Source: Callorhinchus milii
Lineage: Eukaryota
DNA: 64,000 nucleotides
Direction of reading: 5' to 3'
Assembly: GCF_018977255.1 (NCBI RefSeq)
Contig: NW_024704757.1
Span: forward strand, 8,060,001-8,124,000
Below, piece by piece: positions 37,690 through 50,402 of the stretch (positions are counted from its first letter, which is position 1; each line of letters opens with the position of its first letter). The notes under the pieces are model-generated. The model had not been told where the DNA came from, searched no databases, and saw only the letters and a list, made by a program, of their open reading frames with translations. Both the position numbers and the translations under genes were made by a program.

Positions 37690-38140
37690 CAGTTGCTAAT
37701 TAGCCTCGGGGTAAAGAAATACCTCCTGATGTCTGTCCTGAAATTGTAACCCTGAACCTGCGTCTTCTTGTTCTGTTGCCTCAGTGTATCTCAAAGTATT
37801 GGTTTCCTACTTTAATCCTATTTATTATCTTTCCCTATAAGGTCCCCTATGAGACATTTCTTTTCAAGACTGAAGAGCCCCATCTTGTCTAATTGCTGTT
37901 CATAGCTCATTCCACAAACAGTGGAGATTGACTTTGTCGCTCTCCTCTGCACTGCTTCTAGGGCCTGAGTATCTTCCTTATGTAGTCGTGATCAGAACTC
38001 CATACAGTATTCTAGATGTGGTCTTGACGACTAGGGATCTAAACTCAACTGATTTAGCATTCTGCATGTCTTGTTTTACTGCTGCCTCACACTGTGTTGA
38101 CACGGCAAGCGATGAGTCAACTCACACCCTGAGATCTTTC
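37690..38140 (-). mobile_element. Old CR1 fragment
   Basis: Degenerate reverse complement of the CR1 3' ORF2 region (ctctcctctgcac, cagaactccatacagtattctagatgtggtc). Confidence 0.6.
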
Positions 38141-38684
38141 AGCTAACTCCTTGGCAAGTTTAACACTAAATGGAGGGTTATTCCCCGTGAAGCTCTTTGA
38201 TGTGTTTTATTATTTGATCCAGAAAATTGAGGCTGGACCAAAGCTGCACCAAGTATCAAAATCTTCGGGATCTGAAGGAAATGTGCCACAGAATGTCCAA
38301 TCTTATTTCTGTCAGAAGCATGTGCCAAGGCAGGCCTGTGATTAGCTCGATGGCTTTTTCAGTGGGAATCACCAGCCTAACAATAGCTAGGCACAACTTT
38401 AAATTGAAGGGAGGAGCAGACCTGAGGTCACTAGAAAATGTAAATTGATCTCTGCATATTCCACATTTAAAGTTACATTCTGTTCAAAATATCACTTTTT
38501 GTAAAATAAATACGAACCTTTCTCTGAGCACTAATCCTCTCTGACTTGCATGTCTGTGCAAACCTTTTCCTGCGGACTCTCCAGGCAAACCAAGGAACGA
38601 TCATCAGCTCTGCTCGTGACACATATATATTTGCCCCTCTTTGTCCATCTATCTCTCTTGCTTGTCTGCCTCTCACTCTGGTTG

Positions 38685-38970
38685 CCTGTTAACCCTGAAA
38701 GCCAAAACCTTGCTGGTAGGGTGGACAAGCTGGTCAAGCAGCTAAAAAGCTTGCCAGACAGTGATATCAACGGCAAGCTATGGAGTTTTAGCTGGCTAGA
38801 CTCCAGCAGTTACCCCAACGCACACTCTGGGATCCTCAAGCCTGGGATCCTCTTGCCAACCTGTGCCTAATATATTCCGAATTAGGTAAGCAGCATGTGT
38901 CCGTCCAGGGAGAGAGAGAGCGCATTCCATTCCAACAAGCTTATCTCTGGGATTTTCAGGTGTAGGTGGG
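38685..38970 (-). repeat. Family X copy
   Basis: aagcttgcc...ggcaagct hairpin, cacactctgggatcc and attaggtaagcag. Confidence 0.85.
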
Positions 38971-39774
38971 ATACATGAAATTCTGTTTTGGTTTACATGG
39001 TGATGGGCTTCCTCATTTGTCAGACACCTGTTTGTACCCCGTTTGCACAGACATTAGGGTTTTGGGGCTGACCCCCCCAAAATTGTCTGTTGGCTTTTTG
39101 TGTATTTGTCTGTGCTTCCACACTGCTTTTAATGGGGCTCAGATTGGAAAAAATCGGAATCTCAGAATATTATGATAACAATGCTTGGACTTGATTACAC
39201 ACTTTATTTATATAACCCTCAATTGCTTTCTGTGCCATGCAGTGCTGTGTATTTTGTAGGTGAACGCAAAGCAGCCAATCTGCAAATGGCAATGTCCCAC
39301 AAACAGCCATGAAGTGAATGACCCATTTTTATCTGGAGGATTGTTGGCCAGGGAGAAACTGCCTTCTCTTTTCAAATGGTGTCCCAGGATCTTTAAATTC
39401 CACCTGAACAGGCAGTTGGGATATTGGTTTAACGCCTCATCCAAAGAATGAGGAAATACGATTGGATCAGAGGGCTTTATACTGGATTCGCACATGCAAG
39501 TAGGAAAAGAAGTTTAAAAAAAAAGAGTAGATATGCAATTGTGCCTCCCTGATTCCACCCGTCAATACTCTTCACGTTTCTCCTGTTTCAACTACTCAGT
39601 TTCTCGGTCAATAATTTGGTCACTTCATTTGGTCACGACTGTCTGTGGGCAATTGGCTGCCACGATTCACCCACAAATATACAGTCAATTCACTTTACAT
39701 TATATTCTGTGAAGCGCTTTGAGATGTCTAGAAGATGAAAGGATTATTTTATATATATAATATGCATGGATGCC

Positions 39775-40075
39775 ATTTACACGTGGAAATTTCTGAGTCT
39801 GGAATGGAATGTGCACTCTCTTTGGTGAGATGCACCCTTTTTAATTAAGTCTGGACAATATTAGGTGCAGATTGATGAGAGCCAAGGGTTTGGGATCCCA
39901 GAGTGAGTGTTGGGTGTTACTGCTGGAGTCTAACCAACTAAAAGGAATAGCTTTTCATTCAGAGCAAGCAACTTGCTGCTTGTCCAGCTAGAATCCTCTT
40001 CCATGTTAGGACTTATACTTGCAGGGGTAACAGGAGCCGAGTAAGAAGGATTCCTGCTCCTAGTTTTCCCCCTGT
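39775..40075 (+). repeat. Family X copy
   Basis: ggaatggaatgtgcactctc, gagagccaaggg, gggatcccagagtg and gcttgtccagctag. Confidence 0.8.
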
Positions 40076-40563
40076 GTAGAACAAATTGTTCTGTGAACAC
40101 CTTCACATTTAGTTCCATTTCATCTTGGTGATCCTGCCAGTTGGGTGTCTTGTGCCAGATCCAACTAAATACTGTACTGAATTTTCACCTTCTATCTGCC
40201 TTCTCAGTGCATCCAAAATGGGAGCCAAGTTTTGTTTTAAAAACCGGAACAGGAGGAGACCATTTTATCAGGAGGGCTTCGAAGAGCTTCACAGTGCTGG
40301 ATGGATCCCATTGCTGTACCAAATGCAAGGGTTATTGTTATTGCATTGCACATCAATGTAACTAACAGATAATGATTAATCCTCGTGCGGGATGACCCTG
40401 CACATGTTGCCATGGTCCAAGCACTCCATTTGACAATTATTCTGAACTATGTTGGAAAAACAATTTTTAACAGAGTGTGACTTGTACTCAGACACACCTA
40501 TGAGCTCCCTCTGGCATTTAAAGCACCACTATAATAATATGAAATGCAAGGATTATTATTATT

Positions 40564-40843
40564 ATATAGCGCTTTTCACGTCTTCTAGACGTCTCAAAGC
40601 GCTTCACAGAATATGCTGTAAAGTGAATTGACCATATATTTGTGGGCGAAACGTGGCAGCCAATTGCACACAGCAGTGTCCCACAAACAGTCGTGGATTC
40701 AAAATGACCAATTTCTTATTGTTTTGGAGGGATTATTATCAGGCGTGCGGAGTAAAGAAACTTGCCCAATGTTTCGCCCTGTCTGGAATTGAACCCAGGT
40801 GTCTCGCTTGCAAGGCGAGTGCTCTAAAGCTACAGGATTCCAC
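40564..40843 (-). mobile_element. Full-length SINE
   Basis: Reverse complement of the 36663-type element, including the tRNA head (agctacaggattccac). Confidence 0.93.
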
Positions 40844-42429
40844 TATAGTTAATGCCTGTATTTCACTCCAAAGAAAAATATGCTTTCTCTTCTCTCCCAC
40901 TCCCACCACCACATTGACGCCATTCTGACTTGTGAGAGCTTTGCTCCAATGTGATTTATTTCTAGAGCAGAGTTCCTGCAGGTCAACTGGAAATTGTAAC
41001 TTGATTCAGATCATTAAGAATTCCTACATGTTGGAGCCCAATATTAAAACTGCACAGAACTTCAGCCTGAGATCCTAACAAATCCTTCAGGACATAGTAA
41101 ATATGCCAGATTATTCTGGGAACACTGCAGAGATGGAGGTACTATCTTTTGGTTGAGACATTGAACCCAGGTCCCATCTACCTGTTCAGGTGGACTATAA
41201 AGATCCTACGGCATTATTCAAAAAGAGAAGGGAGTTTCACTTGGTTTACTGGCCAGCAGTACCCCAAATAAAATTGATAGTGCACTTCATAGCTGTATGA
41301 GATATTGCTTTGTGCAAATTGGCTGTCTTGTTCACCTGTAAATATAGTCACATGACATCTCACTGATGTGATAAGGCGCTGTATCAAATAGATTATTATA
41401 ATTGAGGGCATCTGTAATTTAATCTGCACACATTTTACAGACAGTACATAATACAGATCTGTTTACGCACGATAATCTCTGTAGTTGATGCCATCATCCA
41501 GCGATGCTTTCACGCTTAAAACTGCCTGCATTAAAGAAGGTTTCTTTGTGGCCCGACACAGAAAGCATTGGAAACGGTCATAAAGATGACAGACGGCTAA
41601 ATGTCTTTGACTGGAGCCAATTTTCCTTTCAACGTACAGTCTTGAGAGCGAGGAAGAGAATCCTGAGAAATAAAACAAACATCTTGAGTCATGGGAGAGG
41701 GGAATGCAAGCTGAAAGGAGATGATCAGGGAAACCACAATTTCCCTTAAAAAGGCATGGGTCAAATTATACTGCACGAACCTTGGGTTTACAGTTCCCAC
41801 AGTCTGTGTGGCCTTTGGGGCAATCCCTTTCCTGGTTTAATATTGTGATGTTATTTAATTTGGAAAGCAATTCCCAGCAATGTGCTGCTGCAATAAAAGT
41901 GTTTGTCAACCTTCAGTCCTGGAGTAGGGTTAAACTGGAACTATTCGTTCAATGGCTGTGACTGTTGTGATGCTTAAATTTGATCATAAATGATGCATGC
42001 TTATGACTGAACAGCAGGTAACATGAAATCCATTCACTTAATAATATTACTAATAATATCGCTAATAATAATAATCCTTGCATTTGATGTAGCGCCTTAT
42101 CAGCTCTCCGAGGCCTCTCACAGTGTTTCATAGAATATACTGTACAGTGAATTGACTGTTTTGTGGGCAAAACATGGCAGCCAATTGCGCCCAGCAGTGT
42201 CCATAATAATTAATACTCACATTTAATACAACACCTTTCACATCAAGAAGACATCTCAAAGCCTTCACAGGATTTTTCTGTAAAATTACTGTATTTTATA
42301 GGTAAACTTGCTGGATAATTTTGCACACAGCATGAAGCGAGCAATCAATTTTATCAAGGGGGTGGGTGTTGGCCAGGGACACTGGGAGAGAAACTCTCTT
42401 CTCTTTGAATAAGATGCTGAAGGACATTG

Positions 42430-42636
42430 TTTTACTCCACACGCCTGATAATAATCCCTCAAGAAAAAAAAACAATAGTTGTCACTTCAATCCATCACTG
42501 TTTGTGGGACGCTGCCGCATTTCGCCCACAAATATACAGTCAATTCACTTAACAGTATATTCTGTGAAGCGCTTTGAGACCTTGAGAAGACGTGAAAAGC
42601 GCTATATCAAATGCAAGGATTATTATTTATTTATTA
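42430..42636 (+). mobile_element. 5'-truncated SINE next to or inside an older antiparallel Deu-SINE
   Basis: Runs from ttactccacacgcctgataataatccctc to the (TTA)n tail. Confidence 0.88.
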
Positions 42637-43639
42637 CAATAAAAACTGAGGTGAGGTTATCAGCCATGAATGCTCCAGCCACCAAAACTTGAAAGAGTGG
42701 AAATATTTTCAATTGCATTTAAAAGAAAACGAGACACTTTGGTGCTTGATTATGAATAAAATGTGAATTAAAATTCTTTTGGGGACTAAGGTTTTTTTTA
42801 TTAACTGGCGTATGCTTTTGAAATCAAAAGCTTGGCATTGATGTTTTATTTGCTGGGATGGCACCCTGCCATGTACACTCCGTGCAGTTCATTGCAACAC
42901 ACATCTTTAATACCTCTGACACTCCTTCTGTGTCATGTATTACAAAGATGGTGATGGGCATCAAAGGAAGTGCAGAGGTGGGGGAAAGGGTCGATGGTGC
43001 TTGGCTCAGTATATAACTGTTAATAAAATAATAATCCTTCCATCTGATATAGGGCTCTTTGAGGTAAAGGCGATGTCTCAAAGCGTTTCACAGAGGTCGC
43101 TGTAAATGTGTAGTGACTATGCAATGCCAAACAGCATGTACCAATAGTTTACCCACAGGCTAATTAAAGCCTGGGACAAGGAATGGAGGTGGAAGCCAGG
43201 ACACTGCACTCATTTAAGAAATCTCTCGATGCTCTAGTGGGAGAACCTCACCGTGGATGGATAAGCTTCCTCCCCTCCTATCTGTCACCCTCCTCGGACT
43301 TCTATTTCTTCTTGTTTGTGTGGTGTGCTGTGAAACAACTTGCTTTCATAAAATGCTGTTTGTGTAGGAAAACATCTCAGAACACATCACAAAGATGAAG
43401 CGGGACAGTAGGAGAAGGAGGTTAGAAGGGGAGTGTAGGCGTGGTCGAAGAGGAAAGTTTTTTAGGAACAGTTTAAAGACAGAAAGAGGGGCCAAGACGG
43501 AAGCATACAGAGAAGGAGTTCCAAAGGTTAGGCATGGAGTTGTTGAAGGCTGGCAATAGGCCTGGGATAGCTGACTAGAGTTGACGAGCAGAAGAGTAGG
43601 TTGGAGAGGTTCTGTTGTTGGATAGTCACTGGCTAGATT

Positions 43640-43945
43640 AGCGATGAGCTGGATTGTGGATGGCTCTTCCCTCTGGTAGAGGGAATCCAAACCAAGGAGT
43701 CGTAATCTTAAAATTGGAGCTGAAATGGTTGGATCAGAAAACATTTCTTCACGCAGAGGATGGTGAGAAGGTGGAACAAACTGCCTCAGAATAGATTGAA
43801 TATTCAAAAAGGAAGATGGATAGGTTCTTGGCAAGTACGGGGATCAAGGCATATGTGGGAAAAGGTGGAGAAATTGGATGAAAAGATCTGCCAATAAACG
43901 AGCAGAACAGTCTCAATGGGCTGAATAGCCTCCTCCTGTTCCGAT
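43640..43945 (+). mobile_element. CR1 3' end
   Basis: ctcttccctctgg, atttcttcacgcagagg, ttcaaaaaggaagatggataggttcttg and gggctgaatagcctcctcctgttcc. Confidence 0.75.
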
Positions 43946-44979
43946 GACTGAGTTTCAGTGGAGCCTGCAGATGTTTTACGAACGTCAGTGTGATTTATAA
44001 CCAGTAGAGATTTATGCTGATCAGGCGATCGCCAGGAATTTAGAATCAATTTCCATACACGTGGACGTTGACTAAATATGTCCGTACAAGTTAAAACAAT
44101 CTATCTATCAAAGCTCTAAGCTGGCTTGCAGCAGGGAAAGACAGCAGCGTGAGGCAATGCAGTTGCTACTTGTGAATAATGTGGCACAGAATGAGGCGAA
44201 GAGTCAGAGCTATCGAGTCCTTGGGCTTGTTTGAGTGGGGTGAGCGCGTGTGTGGGGCGGTGGGGAGGTAGCATGGTAGGGTGGGTTGGTGTGTGTGCAT
44301 ATGTGGGGAGGGTAATGAGGGTGCATGTGTGTGAGATGGGGGGATGGGGTTAGGAGGTGCACATGTACCTATGTGTCCACCGCATGCCAGTATCCTGCTT
44401 TGAGATACGTTCTCAACGGTAAAACGTGCGATATTCCACAATAAACGCTTGCAAGTGAAACAGAGCAAACTTTCCCCCCTTCAGCTCTCTTCTAAGCCGA
44501 GTGCGATTCTGCATTGCGCCCGTGTATCTCCAGCCCCTCCTGTAATATGCAGCAATTGATAATCATTTTTCTGCTTTCGTTCAAACGATCCGTTTTTCCT
44601 CAAGGGTTGGGGCTCATGCCAAACGTGATGGATTCCTCCTAACCGAATGTGGTTGCTCTTTGTTTCATTGTGGCAGCTGATGAAATACGAGTTCACCAGC
44701 CCTGGGATGGGATCAGTTTCCTTTACCTCTCTTGGCATCTGGATATATTTTGACTGTAACATTGTATTCTGCTGGCATGTCCTTACAACCACAGCTTGCT
44801 CTTTGCATTGAAGTCCCAGATAATTGTTACACTTTTAATATTAGTTTTAATATTGAATCCAAACCTTTTGGAGCACGCAGAAGGGACTTTGCAGTAAAGT
44901 GCTTCTCATTATCTCTGTAACGTGATAACCTTGTGCTCCTTTTTGGCTGCAGAGGTGAGAACAGTCTTTTTTTAATCAG

Positions 44980-45470
44980 ACAGGTATTTGACGACTGCAG
45001 AAACTCATCCATGTGATTACCAAACCGAGAGTTCCACATATGTCTGCTGCCTATATGTGGAAATTTCCCTGTGTCTGGGTTGGAATGCACACTCTCCCTG
45101 GAGGGACGCACCCTGCTTACCTAATATCGGAGAATAGTAGGTGTAGGTTGACGAGAGCCAAAGCTTGAGGTCTCTAGAGTGAGCTGGGGCACTGCTGGCA
45201 CTTAAAACCTGATTGAGAGCACTGACTGGCAAGCTTCCCTTTGCTTGTCCAGCTAGGACCACTCTACCCACAAAGATTTTGACACCCAAGGGTTAATGGG
45301 AGCTGAGTAGGAAAAATCTTTGCTCCCAGTGGCCGGTCTGTCTCCGAGTCCTTCCGAGAGATGAGTCAGATTGGCTGGTCTGTCCTCAGCAGTTCCCTGG
45401 AGTACTGGAAATCCGTCGAGCTCACGAACCGGACAAGAGAGACCGGACCACAGAGGGTTAACTCAGTTCT
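44980..45470 (+). repeat. Family X, longest copy
   Basis: Contains the shared family blocks in order and was used as the reference copy; it lacks the 5' arm of the main hairpin. Confidence 0.85.
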
Positions 45471-45784
45471 GACATTCTACAAAAGAAAGCTACGTACACA
45501 CACGCCATCCTCTGAAGTTCTTCAGTACCATTCATTTACATTCAAATCACATACTACTTGCATTCCTTTCCATAAATCTGCTCTGTTTTTCCAAAGAGTC
45601 ACTCACAAGGCACAGCTGTTTGATCTCAGTGGGCCCTATTTTATAATTTTTTTTAACTGAAACAAAATTCGTGAGTGAGGTTTCAGACCACTTAGGGCTT
45701 ATGGCACTGGGGAACGGACTGCAATTCAAAACCAGTTGAGACGGAACTTGAGCCAACTTTTAATACCGAGCGAAAACCAGGTGT

Positions 45785-45925
45785 CAGGCTGGCTCGGTTG
45801 GTAGCACTCTCGCCTCTGAAACAGAAGGTTGTGGGTTCAAGCCCCATGTCGGGACTTTGATTCTCACGCAGGTTAGATTGACACTTTGTTATAGTCCTGG
45901 GGGAATCGCTGCAACACTGAAACAT
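45785..45925 (+). mobile_element. Older tRNA-headed Deu-type SINE head (similar copies near 47390, 51895, 62500 on +; 46720, 49360, 51190 on -)
   Basis: ggctcggttggtagcactctcgcctctgaaacagaaggttgtgggttcaagcccc carries A/B boxes. Confidence 0.8.
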
Positions 45926-48429
45926 TTCGAGGGCTTCATCGAGCTTTCTATTCGAGCGTAGTGAGCGTGAATTAATAGGCACACTCAGCAACCAATTTGT
46001 GCACGGCGATGTCCCACAAAGTCACAGTCAGTACGCTTTACAGCAAAATACAGCGAAGCGGTTCGACGTATCATCTCCAGGACACATTAAATGCAAGAAT
46101 TATTATTGTTATCGTTATGAGGCAAGACGTGAATGACCAATTTTTAGCCAATGACCCTGGGAGAAACTTCTCTTTTGAAGCAATGCCATGTGATCTTTGC
46201 TGTGCAGGTGGACCTGAATGAATGGAGCGTGCAATGCCTGTTAGTAGCAGAGCGACTACTGTCTTAAAATTAATGTGGTGCCCTTGTGTCATTCGCTCAG
46301 CACTGAAATCGAGAATAAATGTGTTGGGTGAAATTGCAGTCTTTGGCATGACAACTGATCTTGGCACCAGTTTAAATCACGAATGGGTCTCAGTGTGTCA
46401 GGATTAATCAAATAAGGATTTTCAGATGTGGTGTGCAATTAGAATAATTGTACCGTTTGATGTACGCCTATAATGTCTCTAAGCCCTTTATAGGGATTTG
46501 CTGTCAAGTGTGTTGGCAAACACAGCAGCCATTTTGTTCGCAGCATAGGCTCCCATGACCCAAAGTGAACATGTTATCTAGTGGATTGTTGGCCAGGACA
46601 CCACCACCAGAAACCGCCTGATCACTTTGAATACTGCAAGGTCACGGAATCTCCAACAGACAGACCAGACCTCAATTTAACATTGCATTCCAAAGAACAG
46701 GATCTCTGTCAATACTACATCTGCCCTAAGTGGCAGTCTGGCCTCTAAGCTCACGCTCAGATGTGGGGCTTAAACTCACAACCTTCTGACCTGGAAGCGA
46801 GTCTACTTTATTCTGAACTCATCCAAAACCAGTTGTGAATATCTTAAAATATAGTGAAAGCTTGAACCTGTTGGATGCTATAAAACTTGGCACAGCTGCT
46901 TGTCTGTGCTCGATATGGTAGGATACAATGTTTAAATCAACCGTCTTTACAGCCTCAGCTGATTTCTAACCGAGCTGGTTGTATCAAGCTTGCTGACAGT
47001 CCTTCATTGGGTCGGCTCGGGTCTTCTTTGCATCGCTTGACCCCACCGCTCTACCGTTGGCAGCCGGCCGTGCTTTCAGCCACTAAGCACGAACCACTAA
47101 GGAAATCTCTGCTTAATCCCTCTGCCTTGCACCCTCTTTGCCTGTTTTCAGGTCACATCCGAAGACCTTCCTCTTCAACCGTGCCCATCTCTTTTTCCTC
47201 AGCTCGCCGTCAAACTTCGCCGTTGTTCAGAACCCTGAGACACTGCCCTCGTGAAAGGCACAATATTGAGACAGAGTTTAATAGTTTTCCACAATCCAAC
47301 AGAATGTTACATTTTAAGAAACAATCCACTTGGGAGGAATTTGAGATGTGCCTGGGATTGGGATGTGTTCCCATGTGTGTTCTGCATGTCACTCTCGCCT
47401 TTGAGTCAAAAGGTTGCAGTTTGAAGCCCCGCAATGGGATTTGGGAATCACTCCAATGCAGTCCTGGGGGTATGTTGTATTATCAAAGGTGCCGTTTTCA
47501 GATGAGATGTTAAACCGGGATCCTGTCTGGTGGGCACTACTTTACAGTGTGTCCTGTGAAGAGCTTTGAGACATATCGACGCTACGATAAGGCGCTATGT
47601 CAAATGCAAGGATTATTATCATTATTTTTTTCTCTCTTGTTGGCTTCCCTCACCCCAATCAGCCTAGAAGGCTAAGCTTTGCCTGCAAAGAATGAAACCA
47701 TCAGAGTTTCACGCACTGTCTACTTCTTTCACATCTCAGATCCTGATTTACTGGGGAACTGTTCCTTCCGTGCAGCATCCCAATTTGACCCGAGGAAGGC
47801 AGGATGAAAGCAATTGTCGTCTGTTCCCCACAGTAGCATTTATTCTGAATTCTGATTAGCAAAGGGAAGGAGAAGGAGTTAACTCTTTGTGTGAGATGCA
47901 GATACCCCCCACCCCGCCTTGAACAGCAACCAATTTTAAATTTATTTTTGGCTTGTAAAAGGTTAATCCCAATCAGTTATCGGGACCCATAGCACAAAGC
48001 ATCAGATTAAACCTTGGTGATGTATGCTTGCACTCATCTGTGGTAACTTTGGTTTATTTCTAGATTAAATCTGGGGCTCACTTCAATCGCTCCCAAGCTG
48101 TCTGATAAAATAAGTCTTGCGTAATGTATTGTTCAGCATGAAAACTTTTGGCCTTTCCGCCGCTGAATGTTTAATCAACTTCAGTGTACAGGTACTGAGG
48201 CTTTCCTTTCACTAGTTTTTATTGGCAGTGGGCTCCGTTGGCATTCAGAACTATTTATGAAACCATTTCTTCAAAGCAGAACTCAGAAAACATTCTCTGG
48301 GAGGGCAGCTGTTACTGTTTTCTCCTTGCAGTTTAAGAGCAGAGCTTCGTGTAATCTCTCGGATAGCTTGCCCAGCAATTTTTACGTCAACGCACTTGAA
48401 TCTTTCCAGACTGTGCCCTAACTAAACAA

Positions 48430-48658
48430 GGCAAACCACGTAGTCTTAGCCTGTAAGACCTCTTTGTCTTAAAATCTGAGAGCGAATTGTTGGAAAATCT
48501 TCAATTTGGAAGCCATCAAACCTTAAAAGACTGCGGGCGGGGGAAGGGGAGGCTTCTAAGTTGAGGGTAACTTTTAAGAATTTTTCACAATTCCGCACAT
48601 TCATAAATTATGAGATGCGTTTGGCCTCGCAGGCTAAGACTAGGTGGAATTTCTGGCC
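48430..48658. mobile_element. MITE-like non-autonomous DNA transposon with TIRs
   Basis: ccacgtagtcttagcctg (48436-48453) is the inverse of caggctaagactaggtgg (48630-48647), with one mismatch. Related copies lie near 3505, 8575, 10310, 56320 and 62655. Confidence 0.75.
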
Positions 48659-50089
48659 TCTTGGGCATTGCCCAGGAGCCAATGATGAGAGGCAACAGGT
48701 GAATATTCATTCACTCGCTGCCCTTTGATGTCAGGTGCATTCATTACATCAATTACATTAGTTCCTGTTCAAAGCAGGTGATGGGCTGATCTTTCATCCT
48801 CTTAAAGTCTCTGAAAACAAACTTGATGAGAGATGCATGCCTGTTGCTCTCCTAAAGAGTGGCTTGAGACGTCCTTCTTTAACTCTATCTTGTAAAGGAG
48901 ACTTTTGCTTCTGTTAACTTTCCACTGCATGGAAACTCTGTAGCAACTCTTTAAGGCAACTGATACTTTAGTCAAAGCGATGGGTTTGTTTTAAAGAAAC
49001 AAACTTTTTTTTTTGCACCTTTGTGAATTGATAACACATGTGCATATGTGTATTTGTTTCTGTTTGCACCCTGGTCACTTAAATAAAAGTTATCGCAGAG
49101 GCAAACTGTTTTAATAAATATGGCAAAAGTGTTTTAATAAATAATAATACTTGTATTTGATACAGTGCCTTTTGCACTGAAATGACTCAAAGCATTTCAT
49201 GGGGAATTGCTGTCAGATGTAATGACTGTGTATTTGTAGGTGGATATGACACCCAATTTGCCCACAGCAATATCACACAAACAGTCACAAAGTGTATGAG
49301 CGATTTTTTTTCTGAGGGATTTGTTGAGATCTTTAACATCGTACTGAACAGAGAGACGGGACCTCAGGTTAACGTCTCATCCGAAGGGCGGCACCTTCGA
49401 CCATGCAAGCATGGCCCCCACCTGACACTGGAATATCAAGCCAGCCTGTGTCGTTAGCTCACAGCCCCAATGTGGGGGCTTGAAGCCACAGCGTTTTGAA
49501 TGGAAGGAGCAAGTGCTACCAACTGAGCCAAGAAGATCAGGAGTGTTGCTTGCAGCAGAAGCTGTCTGCTTTCAGTGTGCTTGTCTTTGCGTCTAGGGTT
49601 TCTCCACTGGGTTATGTTTCATTGACAAGTGGGTCATTGTTTATACCCGTCATGGCTGTATTGTGCTGCTATAGTATGTTTTATACAAACTGGATCCTAG
49701 GCGTGTTGGGGAGGAAGTCTCTGATCTTTGTTGAGCAGCTGGTTTTGTTTCAGCGACACTCACATCCTGAGTCGCCGCATCAAGAGAAGTTCAAATAGAT
49801 TCCAGGCTATTTCTAGGCTGTTGGACACCAAGCTCAAAGGGTGGGTTGGGCTTCCTCTGTAAGAGAAGGTTAAAGTGTCAGAGGCTCGTAATAAATGGGA
49901 AAATGAAAGACGGTCCTACAGAAAGGGGTATTATGTGGTGAAAACCTCACCACAAAGCTACGAAAAAGTGTGGTGTCTAGGAATACTAGGCAGACTTTGT
50001 GAGTTGAAGGTTCCACGTACATTGGGAGTGACAAAGTCAAGTAATTTATCTGCCTGGGCAGCAGGTGTGGGCCTGGGTGGAAGATCTGG

Positions 50090-50402
50090 GTGGAGTCCAG
50101 TAGCTCAGTGGTTAGAGCACTCGCTTTGCAAGTGAGAGACCTGAGTTCAATTCCAGGCAGGTCAGGGCGAAACCTTACACCACACGCCTAATTATAATCC
50201 CTCCAAAAAAACAAAAACAATAATAAATTGGTCATTTTCAATCCATGACTGTTTGTGGGACACTACTGTGCGCAATTGGCTGCCGCGTTCGCCCACAAAT
50301 ATACAGTCAATTCACTTTACAGTATATTCTGTGAAGCGCTTTGGGACGTCTAGAAGACGTGAAAAGCGCTATATCAAATGCAAGGATTATTATTATTATT
50401 AT
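50090..50402 (+). mobile_element. Full-length young SINE
   Basis: Head, Deu block and (TTA)n tail, with a small deletion in the CORE-like part. Confidence 0.95.

Noticed and set aside
44985-45010. Hammerhead ribozyme-like ttgacga...gaaac at the 5' end of family X
   Set aside because: The CUGANGA core is not intact here or in the copies at 9010, 13030 and 35690, and I could not build helices I and III.
46887-47513. 208-aa ORF
   Set aside because: Runs through a decayed L2 3' end and a SINE head; non-ATG start.
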